From Eledone cirrhosa (lineage: Eukaryota), in contig OZ024743.1 of assembly GCA_964016885.1 (NCBI GenBank), positions 17,360,001 through 17,424,000 on the forward strand: a stretch of 64,000 nucleotides of DNA, given 5' to 3'. Below the pieces are notes generated by a model. That model ran no database searches and was not told where the DNA came from. It saw only the letters and a program-made list of their open reading frames with translations. Below, one piece after another: positions 1 to 12,049 of the stretch; positions within the stretch are counted from its first letter, which is position 1; each line of letters opens with the position of its first letter. The translations under genes were made by a program, and so were the position numbers.

Positions 1-130
1 AAGTTAATAAATTAAATAATCAGAGCTATATATCATAAAACATGTCTACAGAATCACCAGATAAAATATATACCATTTCCTCTCCCAATTAGCATAATTA
101 ACTATATAAAAAATCGAATAGACCAGGCTC
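1..130 (-). repeat. Fragment of HHR-bearing repeat family A, abutting the 5' end of PLE-1
   Basis: Near-identical to 5951-6079 and 6609-6735; identity breaks at GACCAGGCTC|CTCCAC. Confidence 0.8.
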
Positions 131-162
131 CTCCACAATTAGAGCGCTTACAGCGATTCGCC

Positions 163-3041
163 ATGGACAAATTCAACTACACTTCTTCCATGAAAGTCAT
201 ACCGTTCCCGTCAGATAACACGTACATAGGCCTGCTGTTATACCACACCAACTCTTTCATCTGACGCATGAGGTTGCGCGCATTTCACCACGACAGGCGG
301 ACACAACAACTAGGGTCGGACGCCCCTCGGGACAACCTAAAGCGGATATTTATTTCGAGAAGACACCCACCACACAACGCACAACTGGAGGAATTTGAAA
401 ACCGTATTGTCAACATAGTTGTAACATCATGTTCCATAGGAATACTGCGCGACGAACAAAATATCTCAAATGTCACGGATCCACCATCAAAAGCATGGAG
501 AACTGCCAGGATATACTCCTGCCCTCGGTCAAGACTGGTAACGTATACATGGTTGACAATTTTACATATAATGACTGCCTCGGGAAGGAGATTAGGAAAA
601 ACTATAGGACCACTGGACAGGCACATTTAGGTGGTATTAACGCCACGGCAAAATTTATACTGACGGGGCTAGGACTAGAGGATACGCCAGATATATATGT
701 ACCTAGAAAAACACGGATATCTATTAAGGACCACAAATTAGACTTTAAAACTAAACTAATGGTTAGGTTAATAGCACCCTCTAAATCCGACCTAGGAAGG
801 TCCAGTAAGAATATTATAGATAGGATAATACCGGTACTTAGAAACAAAACTAAGGTTAGCCTATGGTCCTTCACTAAGGAGGTAATTGACTGGTTCTCAG
901 CAATAGATGACAAACACCAAGTAAATTTCATCCTGTTAGACATAGAGAGCTATTACGCGTCGGTATCTCCGATACTAGTCAATAGGGCCCTAATAAGCGC
1001 CATGGCCGGATCTAGCCTCACTAGGGTGAGACAAACCTCATAGTAGCAGCCAGAAAGACGCTAATGAGTTTCGAAGACAAGTTATGGGAGAGGAGGAACA
1101 GACCCGACAGTCTCGATATCCCCATGGGGTCAAGTGACTCGGCACAGGTGACCGACCTGGTGGGGATATATCTCATCCATTGGCTGACGGAGGAGATCTC
1201 GGGGATCGGAGGTGGAATATACAGAAACGACGCCCTTTTCACCTTCCGTTCCCTTAGCCCCAGTCAGATGGAGCGCATGAGGAAGCGCATATCGCATTTT
1301 ATTAAACAATACGGCTTATCCGTGACAATTGACACTAGCACTAAGACTGTCAATTTCCTGGACGTTACCTTGGAAATGAATACGGACACCCACAGACCGT
1401 ACCATAAGCCCAACGAAAACCTGCAATATGTGAACAGGCAATAGAATCACCCCAAGTCAGTCATAGAAGCCATAGTTAAAGCGATGTCAAAACGCGTATC
1501 CACCCTGTCGTCGAACGCAGAAATGTTTAAACAGCACGCCGAATATTATAATGAGGCACTGTGCAGAGCCGATTACAAAGACACCATAATATATACCCCG
1601 GATAGAATAGAGCCTAATGATATGACGTGCAGAAATTCTTCTATCTAAGGGGGCGCCCTCTTAGATAGAAGAATTGACCCGGTAGCAGTAGCCAAGAACA
1701 CCAATAACAGCACTACTAACTTTAATGATACGGAACCGACCCTAGAAGGACTAAGGCACCCATGGGAGCCAGACCACCCAGTGTGCGGAAGCATAGGCCT
1801 GGCACGCACACTGCATACTCAGTGGCAACTGGGACCTTGGACAGGTCTTCGACAAGTAAGAACGGGGCACACGCCACGGAGCACGTCCAGCCTAGTTCTA
1901 GTGCCACAGCACCGACAATAGCATCAGATAGACCTAAAAGGAATAGACGTATAGATGACCACATAGAACGACGTAAATGTATAACTGTAGAACATAACCA
2001 CGACGAACGTTGCGGGCAAATAGACAGGGACAACACACGAGACGAAATTGTGGTTGGGCAGAGCACTGGACGGACACCGAGGCCTGGATACAACAACATG
2101 AATCCACGCACACCAAGAAACAGATCTAAGGCAGTTAACTTGTTCAATGCGCCTTACTCTAAACATGTACGCACCAACGTCCAAGACTTTTCTTCCGAGA
2201 GCTGCATGGGTGCTTTCCGACGACAAAGAAGTACCACAAAATCTTCAACAGCCACACGGTGAAATTTTCCTTCTCCACGGCGCCGAATATGGCCGACTAC
2301 ATGGCTAGAAGTAACGCAGTGAAGATGGCGCACACTGGCCGTCAACCGCGGCTACTGAGTGACCATGTTTCGGAGCGCGGAGAACCAGGGACCTGCCTTC
2401 AAATGACAACCCGGCCCCCGAGGCGACCAGAGAGCCCGCCGAGGGCGATATGGTCCAACACCGAGAGGAAATTAGTGGCATGCGGGGGGACCAATGCGTC
2501 GGCTGTGCAACACACCGAGAACCCTGAGAAGGCCATAACAGATCGGGCCCTGGATATCGTTAGCACAAGAAATGACTGTAGAACTTGCAACTCTAGAGCG
2601 GGAAAATGCTTAATGAAAGAGTTAGTATACAAGTGTGTAGTTAAAACCCAGAATGCGCATCGAACCTATAACGGCGCCACATCCCCGACCTTTAAATGGC
2701 GGATGTATAATCACACTAATTCCTTCAGGGACCGGAGCAAAAGGCACTCCACTAGGTTAGCGGACCTCGTGTGGGACATGAAAGACCACGGCACTCCATA
2801 CGCCCTGGAATGGAGTATCGTTCGCCACGCGCGAGCATATTCCGCCGGAAGTAGGAAGTGCCGATTGTACCTACATGAGACCATGGAGATAGTCAGACTG
2901 AAGGATGACGCCGTCAACCTGAAGTCTGAAATTATCATGACATCCAGACACCAGAGAAGATGCACTTTTGCTGCATGGAATCCGCCGGGGGACGCAGCCA
3001 GGGGGCATGGGAATGAGAACGCACAGACCCGATTGGCCTAG
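163..3041 (+). pseudogene. PLE-1: degenerate Penelope-like RT-GIY-YIG ORF (frameshifts/stops)
   Basis: ATG163 MDKFNYTSSMKVIPFP..NSFI*RMRLRAF; IKDHK..VRLIAPSKSDLGR; LDIESYY; MGSSDSAQVTDL; IYRND (YRDD); VNFLDVTL; LFNAPYS; EN 'LVYKCVV..TYNGAT..FKWRMYNH..HET..VNLK'; colinear with the 54489-56654 ORF. Confidence 0.92.
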
Positions 3042-3559
3042 CGGGATTAGGGGACCTAACGACATACCATGATGACGATGTCCGACCCGTGGCGCAATCA
3101 TATGTAAACTGGGTGCACACGTGACCGGGCACGCAACATTGGATGATACACCGCATGGTACACGGGGCCCACAGCCACCCGGACCTGTGCACTAAACGTT
3201 TAGAACAGCACACCTCAGACACGGTTCAATGCCCCATGGCGACCGTGGCGGGCATCACATTGAATGTGTACACAGTCAATCGTGACTATATACTCTACAC
3301 CTGTTCCACTTTGGAACAGTGATTGTTAATATTGTTATATCATTGTTCTGGTACTGTTACCTGTTCTATACACGGACACAAGTTTGCATCTCACAGTATC
3401 TGTGTGTAGTATATCGCATGGACGCACGCACCTTCTCCTGTACCTCCCGACCTCCCGTTTTTTTTTTTATTTTACCCCTTCTTTATTTTACCCCTTCTTT
3501 TCTTGTACCTATTTATGCAGTTACATACAGATTTTAATGTACCCTAAAATATTGTAAAT

Positions 3560-3830
3560 TCATTTATGTATTTTATTTTATTATCATATTGTGTTTATGT
3601 CCACGAATTTTTATGTGTGGACATGTGTGTGTGTGTGTATGTGCGTATGTATGTATATATATATATATATATATACGTGGGTGGGTGTTGGGGTATGTGT
3701 ATGGGCATGGGTGCGTGTGTGCACGAGCTTATACGCGCCTGTATGTGCCGACATATGCATATATATACATGTGGCGGAATGTGGGTGTATGTGTGTGTGG
3801 GTCTGTGTATATGTGTGTCTATATATGAGC

Positions 3831-3864
<34 letters not shown>

Positions 3865-4689
3865 GTATATATGTGTATGTGTGAGTATGTACGTATAGCC
3901 ACGTATGAGTAGGTGTGTGTGTGTCCGGGTAGTTAAGAGTGCGTATATATATGTGTGTGTATGTGGGTGCAGGTGCATGCATTTGCGGGCGTCTATATGT
4001 GTGTATATGTATTTGTGCATGCAAGTATGTATTTATGCGCATCTCATGGGAATGTGTGCATTTGATTATATATGGACTATATATGTTTTTTTTTATCATT
4101 ACTATTATTCTTGTTGTATTATTTTATCACATATCCTCTATATATATCCGTATATATCCGTATATGTATGAGTCCGTGTACGTGGGTGTGTGTGTATGTG
4201 TGTGCGTATATATATATATGCGTATATATATATATGTATATGTGTATATTTGTATAATAGGGGACAGAGATGTATATATGTGTATATATATATCATATTT
4301 TATATTATTTTACATTGTATATTTGTTTATGTTACGATAATTTACCATTTTTATTGCATAATGTATGTTTAACTGTTCACTACAGGTGTGTTTATATATG
4401 TATATGTGGTGGCACTTTTGTGTGTGTAGGCAGATGTGCATGCGTGCAGGTGTATTCATGTGGCAACATGTATGCGTATGCATGTGTAGATGATGGTATA
4501 TCGGCCTATGCGTGGGTATGTGAATGTATATGTGTGGGTGTGCGTATGCATGTTAAGTTGTCCTTTTCTCTTGTGTGTATATATGTATATATATATATAG
4601 TGAAAAATTGAACAGGAACAAAACAGAGAGGCAGTACGAACAAAGGTTTATTAATTTCACGCTCTCGAGAGTGGGGTATATATATATAT

Positions 4690-4745
<56 letters not shown>

Positions 4746-4850
4746 ATGTACGTGTGTAGGTAATGTTTATGTAAGTATGTGTATTCGTATGAATGTGTGG
4801 ATATGTGTGAGTATACATTTGTGTATATATGTGAGTGTATGTATGTGTGC

Positions 4851-4921
<71 letters not shown>

Positions 4922-5280
4922 TGTGTGTATGAGTGTGCATATATATATAGAGAGATTTATATATATATTTAAATGTATAGAAGGTTGGGCGTATGTGTGG
5001 GTGTGCGCGCGTATGTATGCATGTATATATGTGCACGTTTGAATAGGATATAACCTAATTGATACAGAGCGCGAAGTAAACAACCGTATCAAGGCTTGTG
5101 GCGATATGTATCAACAAGTGGGTGTGACTGGGTCCGTGGATGTGAAGCAGAGAGGGTGTGTGAGTATATATACTGCGATGTATGCATGTGGGGGTGGGTG
5201 TGTCTGCGCATGTAGGCGTACGGGTGTGAATGCATAGATAGGTATGTGTATGAATATGTGTGTGTTATTATGTGTTTATT
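3560..5280. repeat. Degenerate (TA)n/(TG)n low-complexity tract, possibly PLE-1 3' UTR
   Basis: Alternating purine-pyrimidine sequence; ORFs here are YI/CV/HT artefacts. Confidence 0.8.
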
Positions 5281-5297
5281 CTAGTATATGTGGGTGC

Positions 5298-5365
5298 TTA
5301 CTCTGAAGTGTGAGCAGACGTGTGAGGTACTGAACCCAGCATGACTCCTTTGAAATGTGTCGGAC
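5298..5365 (+). ncRNA. Possible decayed hammerhead near PLE-1 3' end
   Basis: CTGAAGT...GAAATGTGTC-GG resembles CpG-decayed CTGAAGA...GAAACGCGTC; stems poor. Confidence 0.25.
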
Positions 5366-5782
5366 GTAAAATGGTTGATGAACCGTGTGGCAGCAGATAC
5401 TAACCAGAACTTGTGATGACGTGGAGAAAAAAAAAGCCAATGGCATGACAAGAGAAGAAAGAGGGTTTTTGAGGGTGTTGTTTTGATGATAACACCCCAG
5501 TGATAAAATTTGCTCCGGACATAACACCCGTGTCCGAAAGAACCCGCAGAAGTAGAATCAGCCAGATCCATACAAGGACCATGACTCGAGCTACATGCCG
5601 GGGAAACATTTGTAACACGAAATAAACTTAGGCCAGATGCATCACTGATTTTTCGTTTTCTTTATAATATCTACACTCTACACTGATGAATATCGAGTGC
5701 TAATATTGGCATACCGCCAATGGAAGCACCATAGCTACCACTATACACAACTATATATATTTATATATATAGTAATAATAAT

Positions 5783-5832
5783 AGTTTCAGAAGATCCCGT
5801 TATGGTGAAAGCAGCGATTCTTTGCTTAAACT
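5783..5832 (+). ncRNA. Hammerhead-like fold, family I (U4A core CAGAAGA)
   Basis: agttt-CAGAAGA-tccc gttat ggt-GAAA-gca..tgc-TT-aaact; 5-bp stem I; other copies 38411, 59844, 60247. Confidence 0.55.
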
Positions 5833-6250
5833 TTAATCTGTTACTTTAATAAATAAATAAATATATTGATATATATAGAAGTTTACATATATATATACAT
5901 ATATATACATATACGTGTTTTGCAACTGGTCACTTTGTGGCTCAATGAAAAATTAATAAATTAAATAATCAGAGCTATATATTATAAAACATGTCTATAG
6001 ATTTACAAGATAAAATATATACTATTTCCTCTCCCAATTAGCATAGTTAAGTATATAAAAAATCGAATAGACCAGGCTCTAAGAATGAGGCTTCTATGAA
6101 GAAATCTCCGACAAATAACCAAAAGTAGCCCTTCCCGTCGGCTGTAGCGGAATATTTATCGAATATTTCGACAGCGTAATCGCCCAGATACAGTCAACTA
6201 AATAGAATTAGGTGTAAAATAAACTAGGAGAAAATAGAATACATTTAAAT

Positions 6251-6338
6251 ACCTGTACCATAGTTTCATCCGTATTTTGAGTCTTTCAATAATTATGTAT
6301 TAATTATATAAAATCGAGCACCGGATTCATCAGGAAGT
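6251..6338 (-). ncRNA. Type I hammerhead ribozyme, family A copy 1
   Basis: acttc-CTGATGA-atccg..cggat-GAAA-ctatg-GTA-caggt. Confidence 0.65.
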
Positions 6339-6907
6339 TCGCTCTAATCTAGACACTAAATTTTCCAAAGTGATCGCGCCAAGAATTCATTCAAAATGGC
6401 TAAAAATCGTAACGTAGCCGCGGTCAGGTTGGAAGGGATGTGGTAGTTGCTTATGACTGGTGGCATTTTTGCTAGAAAGCACAGCACAATACAGCCAAAT
6501 TTGTATCTCAACCTAATGGGAGATTATTACATATAAAAGTTTACATATATATATACATATATATACATATACGTGTTTTGCAACTGGTCACTTTGTGGTT
6601 CAATGAAAAATTAATAAATTAAATAATCAGAGCTATATGTCATAAAACATGTCTATAGAATCACAAGATAAAATATATACTATTTCTCTCCCAATTAGCA
6701 TAGTTAACTATATAAAAAATCGAATAGACCAGGCTATAAGAATGAGGCTTCTATGAAGAAATCTCCGACAAATAACCAAAAGTAGCCCTTCGCATCGGCC
6801 GTAGCGGAATATTTATCGAATATTTCGACAGCGTAATCGCCCAGATACAGTCAACTAAACAGAATTAGGTGTAAAATAAACTAGGAGAAAATAGAATACA
6901 TTTAAAT

Positions 6908-6995
6908 ACCTGTACCATGGTTTCATCCGTATTTTGAGTCTTCCAATAATTATGTAATAATTGTATAAACTCGAGCGCCGGATTCATCAGGAAGT
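6908..6995 (-). ncRNA. Type I hammerhead ribozyme, family A copy 2
   Basis: CTGATGA, 5-bp stem II atccg/cggat, GAAA, palindromic ACCATGGT stem III, GUA site. Confidence 0.72.
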
Positions 6996-7286
6996 TCGCT
7001 TTTATCTAGACACTAGGTATTTAAATCTATTCTATTTTTTCCTAGTTTATTTTACACCTAATTCTGTTTAGTTGACTGTATCTGGGCGATTACGCTGTCG
7101 AAATATTCGATAAATATTCCGCTACGGCCGACACGAAGAGCTACTTTTGGTTATTTGTCAAGGATTTCTTCATAGAAGCCTCATTCTTAGAGCCTGGTCT
7201 ATTCGATTTTTTATATAGTTAACTATGCTAATTGGGAGAGGAAATAGTATATATTTTATCTTGTGATTCTATAGACATGTTTTATG

Positions 7287-7468
<182 letters not shown>

Positions 7469-8944
7469 ATAGTAATAATAATAGGTGTGAAGACTAAAAT
7501 TCAATAAATATATATATATATACGTTGTTTACATATCTAAATTCTTCAAAAAGTAGGGTTTTATGTAGGGAAGTACAACCCATATTATGAACTTCATGTA
7601 CTATATTAGTTTTGACGGAGTAGCGCTATGTTCAAATTTGTGTTCATTGTTTGTTTGTTTTTTATAAAATAAACTGGTTACATAAAAGATAGGTTGTGTT
7701 CCGTCACATACTCTGAATCCATATTGTCTTGGAATGTATATGTAAAAGCATGGGGATATGTAATTGTAATATTATATCTTAGTTTATATATTCTTTTGGA
7801 TACACCGAATCCAGTTGCCTTAATTCAAACAAATATCACTAAATATTACATAAATATTCTTCACGTATATGAGACACCGATCCTTCTATGTTGGTATGAA
7901 TCCTGCAGAACCAGCACCTAATCATTCAAATAAAAAAATGATGCATTTCCCCACACGCCATTATACACTCTAAACGGTATACCTTCAGACACCATCAATA
8001 CAAGCAAACAACAATGCTAACTTAAATGAGAAAATAAACTATTGTTTTAGAATATACTTCAAAACCAATAGATACACCCAAACACAACTTCTTCACATTT
8101 TCCATAAATAAAACATAAACCTGTGCAACTTGAATAATTGCATTGATTGACAAATTGCTGGCGTTCGTAATATTATCTGAACTTTGAGGGAAACAGCTGT
8201 CGTATTACAGGGATAAGTATGCATTTCACAATTTCATTCTTTTTCACAAGATCAACATATAAACAGGCAAAGGAGTAAGCGGAAAACGTTAAGAGCGATA
8301 TCTTCTGAACATTTTATTCTTATAGTCATCCTAATTTCCATGGTTTAACTGTATGCTTCTTAATCAGATCATGCTAAATTATTAATAGTTCCCGTGACGA
8401 GCCACCATACAAGCGTACACCAACGCTTTTATCCATATAGATATTATATGCGCTGATATAAATGCAAGGATCCATATTTAAAAAGAGTAGGTTATAATGA
8501 AGACAAAAATAAGAATATGAATTATTTGTTCTTTAAAATATAATAACAAAATCACGTTGTAGACACATCAAGGATATTTGATCAGCTAAAGTAAGTATTG
8601 ATTTCCTAGATGTACGCGACGACATATAAAATACAATAAACGTTTTCAGAAATAGTTGAACGGCATATAATGGCTGAATAAAAGAAGTGCCCGGAGAAAT
8701 TTCTTTTGCAAAATAGTGGGAATAAATCAATATAGTATTGGCTCTAAATTACTAAATAGTCCGTCCATTCTCACCAGGTCTTTTGTCTCGATGAGCACCA
8801 CTCCCACACACACTTATACACAAACACAGACACAGAGACTCAAACACAGAGGCACACAAACACACACGCACCAACACACACACATACACACACATACACA
8901 GACACTCACACCCTCACACGCACACACACATACACACACACGCA

Positions 8945-9004
<60 letters not shown>

Positions 9005-9131
9005 GTTAGGGAAGCAGAATATTGCTTATTGTGATCCAGTTCGTGGTTAAGAAAGCCAGTTTCATGGACGGTTTCAACGTACGGTTAGGGGTAACTCCAC
9101 AAGTTTGTAAGAATTCCGTTCAATCTTGGAG

Positions 9132-9570
9132 TATAAAGTATAAAAGAGAAAACACATGTAAGCATTAAGAGAAGGATTTTATCCAGGTATTTACGACCGT
9201 TTCATTGGTAAGTGCAACCTTATATTGCTATACTGCAAATAGCAGCCACTCAATGATAATTGTTGTTCACGTCCAAGTTTTCAAAATAGTGAGTAAGTTA
9301 CTATTGAAATAGTTCTTAATATATAGAGAAAAATATTTTTTGGGAATTGTATTTACTAGTATAGAGAGAGAGGAAGAGGAATTAGAAGGTGAGGGGACAA
9401 ACGGAATAGTAGAGAGAGAGAGGAAGGGGAAGAAGAGTTAGGAAGTAGAGTGACAAACTGAGAGAGAGGGAGGGGTAGACGTGGAAGGATTCCTTGATCA
9501 GTTTTGATATGTAGACTTCATATCATCGAATATAGTGAGTTAAAGAGAATTAATTGGTCTTAGTGGGATG

Positions 9571-9644
<74 letters not shown>

Positions 9645-10105
9645 AGAGAGAGAGGGGAGATATAAAGAGATAAATATATATATATAAAAAATAAAGATAA
9701 ATATAATAATGACAAAAATAAAAGCAAAGAAAGGGGGAAGAAACAAGAAAAGACGAGATTGCCAAAAATGGGAAGGAAGGAAGGAACGAAGAAAACGAAG
9801 AAATAGAAGAGGAATGAAGGAGAAAGGAGGGATATATGTATTGGTTTTTGTGGGTATAAAGTCTAAGTATATGCAGTTTGTCAGTTGGTAGTAAGAGGTT
9901 AAGGGTTCGATTTGAACTTGTAGTGCGAACATTTTTCTTTGAGTCTATGGTTACAATAAATTGATCTTTCGATTTTATTGATGAACAACAATTATAATTG
10001 AGTGGCTGCTATTTGCATTATAGCAATATAAGGTTGCACTTACCAATGAAACGGTTGTAAATACCTGCATAAAATCCTTCTCTTAATGCTTAGCTGTGTT
10101 TCTCT

Positions 10106-10107
<2 letters not shown>
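9132..10107 (-). mobile_element. 3' end of a PLE (family B): EN C-terminus, 3' UTR with (GA)n, inverted 3' segment 9981-10107
   Basis: Minus strand ~9990-9900 reads LFINKIERSIYCNHRLKEK..* (cf. LLNKKDELVTACKHRLRK of PLE-2); inverted repeat of ~9143-9270. Confidence 0.65.
9188..9288 (-). ncRNA. Hammerhead, U3-A8 variant (TTGAAAA), family B
   Basis: tatt-TTGAAAA-cttgg..ccaat-GAAA-cggtc-GTA-aata; stem I tatt/aata. Confidence 0.6.
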
Positions 10108-10138
<31 letters not shown>

Positions 10139-10353
10139 GTTAAACATGTACATCTACATATGCATACTGAAATACTAGTAGGCATATGAATACACACACG
10201 TATACATATGTAGATGTACCAAGTATTTCACTGGTTACTTTACTGTGAGTATCCAGCTATTCTGTATGTAAACACACAGACAAACCGGTTTTTAGAGTCA
10301 TACTGGTATTTGAGGAAACACCTTTCCTCTATTCTCCAGAAAGCCAGACAAGG

Positions 10354-10398
10354 AATATTGAACTAGTTTCGTTGTTGTTACAACTCATCAGCAATATT
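10354..10398 (-). ncRNA. Minimal type I hammerhead, family C copy 1
   Basis: aatattg-CTGATGA-gttg taacaa caac-GAAA-cta-GTT-caatatt; 7-bp stem I; palindromic AACTAGTT. Confidence 0.88.
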
Positions 10399-10819
10399 TA
10401 CCTATCTACCGGCCTTTCTGGAGAATCGTAAAAGCACATATCGTTATATGCTTTTTCTATGAAAATTAGTAGTGGGCAGACTAATTTGCATAGAGTGTGA
10501 GTACGTACCGGTTCAACGGAGACGATAAAAACAAATAACGAAACGAAATTAAATTTCGTTTCGTTTGTAACTCACTTTTGTATGACTGACGCTTAAACAA
10601 TTAAGTTAAAAATGTACATCTACATATGCATACTGAAATACTAGTATGCATATGAATACACACACGTATACATATGTAGATGTACCAAGTCTTTCACTGG
10701 TTACTTTACTGTGAGTATCCAGCTATTCTGTATGTAAACACACAGACAAACCGGTTTTTAGAGTCATACTGATTTTTGAGGAAACACCTTTCCTCTATTC
10801 TCCAGAAAGCCAGACAAGG

Positions 10820-10864
10820 AATATTGAACTAGTTTCGTTGTTGTTACAACTCATCAGCAATATT
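10820..10864 (-). ncRNA. Minimal type I hammerhead, family C copy 2
   Basis: Identical to copy 1. Confidence 0.88.
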
Positions 10865-11361
10865 TACCTATCTACCGACCTTTCTGGAGAATCGTAAAAG
10901 CACATATTGTTATATGCTTTTTCTATGAAAATTAGTAGTGGGCAGACTAATTTGCATAGAGTGTGAGTACGTACCGGTTCAACGGAGACGATACAAACAA
11001 ATAACGAAACGAAATTAAATTTCGTTTCGTTTGTAACTCACTTTTGTATGACTGACGCTTAAACAATTAAGTTAAAAATGTACATCTACATATGCATACT
11101 GAAATACTAGTATGCATATGAATACACACACGTATACATATGTACATGTACCAAGTCTTTCACTGGTTACTTTACTGTGAGTATCCAGCTGTGAGTATGC
11201 ATATGTAGATGTACATTTTTAACTTAATTGTTTAAGCGTCAGTCATACAAAAGTGAGTTACAAACGAAACGAAATTTAATTTCGTTTCGTTATTTGTTTT
11301 TATATATATATATATATATATGCATAATATAAACTCAAAAGATAGTTAAAAGAGTTCCATA

Positions 11362-11432
11362 TATTTTATTATGCGCATTTCAAAAACAAATATCCTCATG
11401 GGATGATATTTACGTTTTCATCAGATAACATA
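11362..11432 (-). ncRNA. Type I hammerhead, family J, in a ~185-nt island (11322-11505) between (TA)n tracts
   Basis: tatgttat-CTGATGA-aaacgtaaatatc..gatatttgttttt-GAAA-tgcgc-ATA-ataaaata; palindromic ATGCGCAT. Confidence 0.75.
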
Positions 11433-11561
11433 GGGAGACAGGATAAGTGCTACTTATCCGATATTTGCATTGCTTTATTGTGCTACAATAAAACTAACCT
11501 CCTACATATATATATATACATATATATATATATAAGTTTTTTTTTATTATTATTGAAAGAC

Positions 11562-11757
11562 TAGGGCGGTGGATTGGCAGTATCGGTAGAGGGTCGGACG
11601 CCATGCTTTCCAGCATAGTTACGTCCCTTTACGATCTGAGTTCAAATCCCGCCGAGGTTTACTTTGCCTTTCATCCTTACGGGGTCGATAAAATAAAGTA
11701 CCAGTAATGAACTGGGTAATTGCTGGCCTTGTGCCTAAAGTAGAAACAATTATTGAA
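11562..11757 (+). mobile_element. tRNA-derived SINE with Meta-like core
   Basis: A box TGGCAGTATCGG, B box GAGTTCAAATCC, core GCCTTTCATCCTTACGGGGTCGATAAAATAAAGTACCAG; possible TSD TTATTGAAAGACT. Confidence 0.85.
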
Positions 11758-12049
11758 AGACTTGAAGATAAATACTAAATACCGAAATAGAGTTTTACTA
11801 TTCACTTAATGACTGAAAAGAGACTTGCAGGAAGGCATTTCCTCAGCTCCTGCGGTTCGACAATTTACTAAATACGAATAAGTATAACATTAGCCTACAG
11901 TTGCTTTATGATAGTAAGTTTCCAAATGTCGCACCTAACTTTAGTAACCATGCATACCAACAATACAATATCAGAGCTAAATTATTCCAAGTAAAAAATT
12001 AGATAAGGTGAGCTGTTGTTTACACATGATCCCCCAGAGCAACAGTGTG

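Larger units (their letters stand above)
10133..11300 (-). mobile_element. Family C: 466-nt tandem retrozyme-like unit (2.3 copies) plus inverted segment 11191-11300
   Basis: Near-identical direct repeats, period 466; one HHR per full unit; (TA)n both sides; no ORF. Confidence 0.85.

Noticed and set aside
262-264. In-frame TGA in PLE-1 as selenocysteine
   Set aside because: Position is Arg/Lys in paralogs; simple CGA->TGA CpG decay in a heavily damaged copy
5682-5740. CTGATGA as a hammerhead core (also 28918, 31003, 36288, 50455)
   Set aside because: No matching stem II plus GAAA plus NUH
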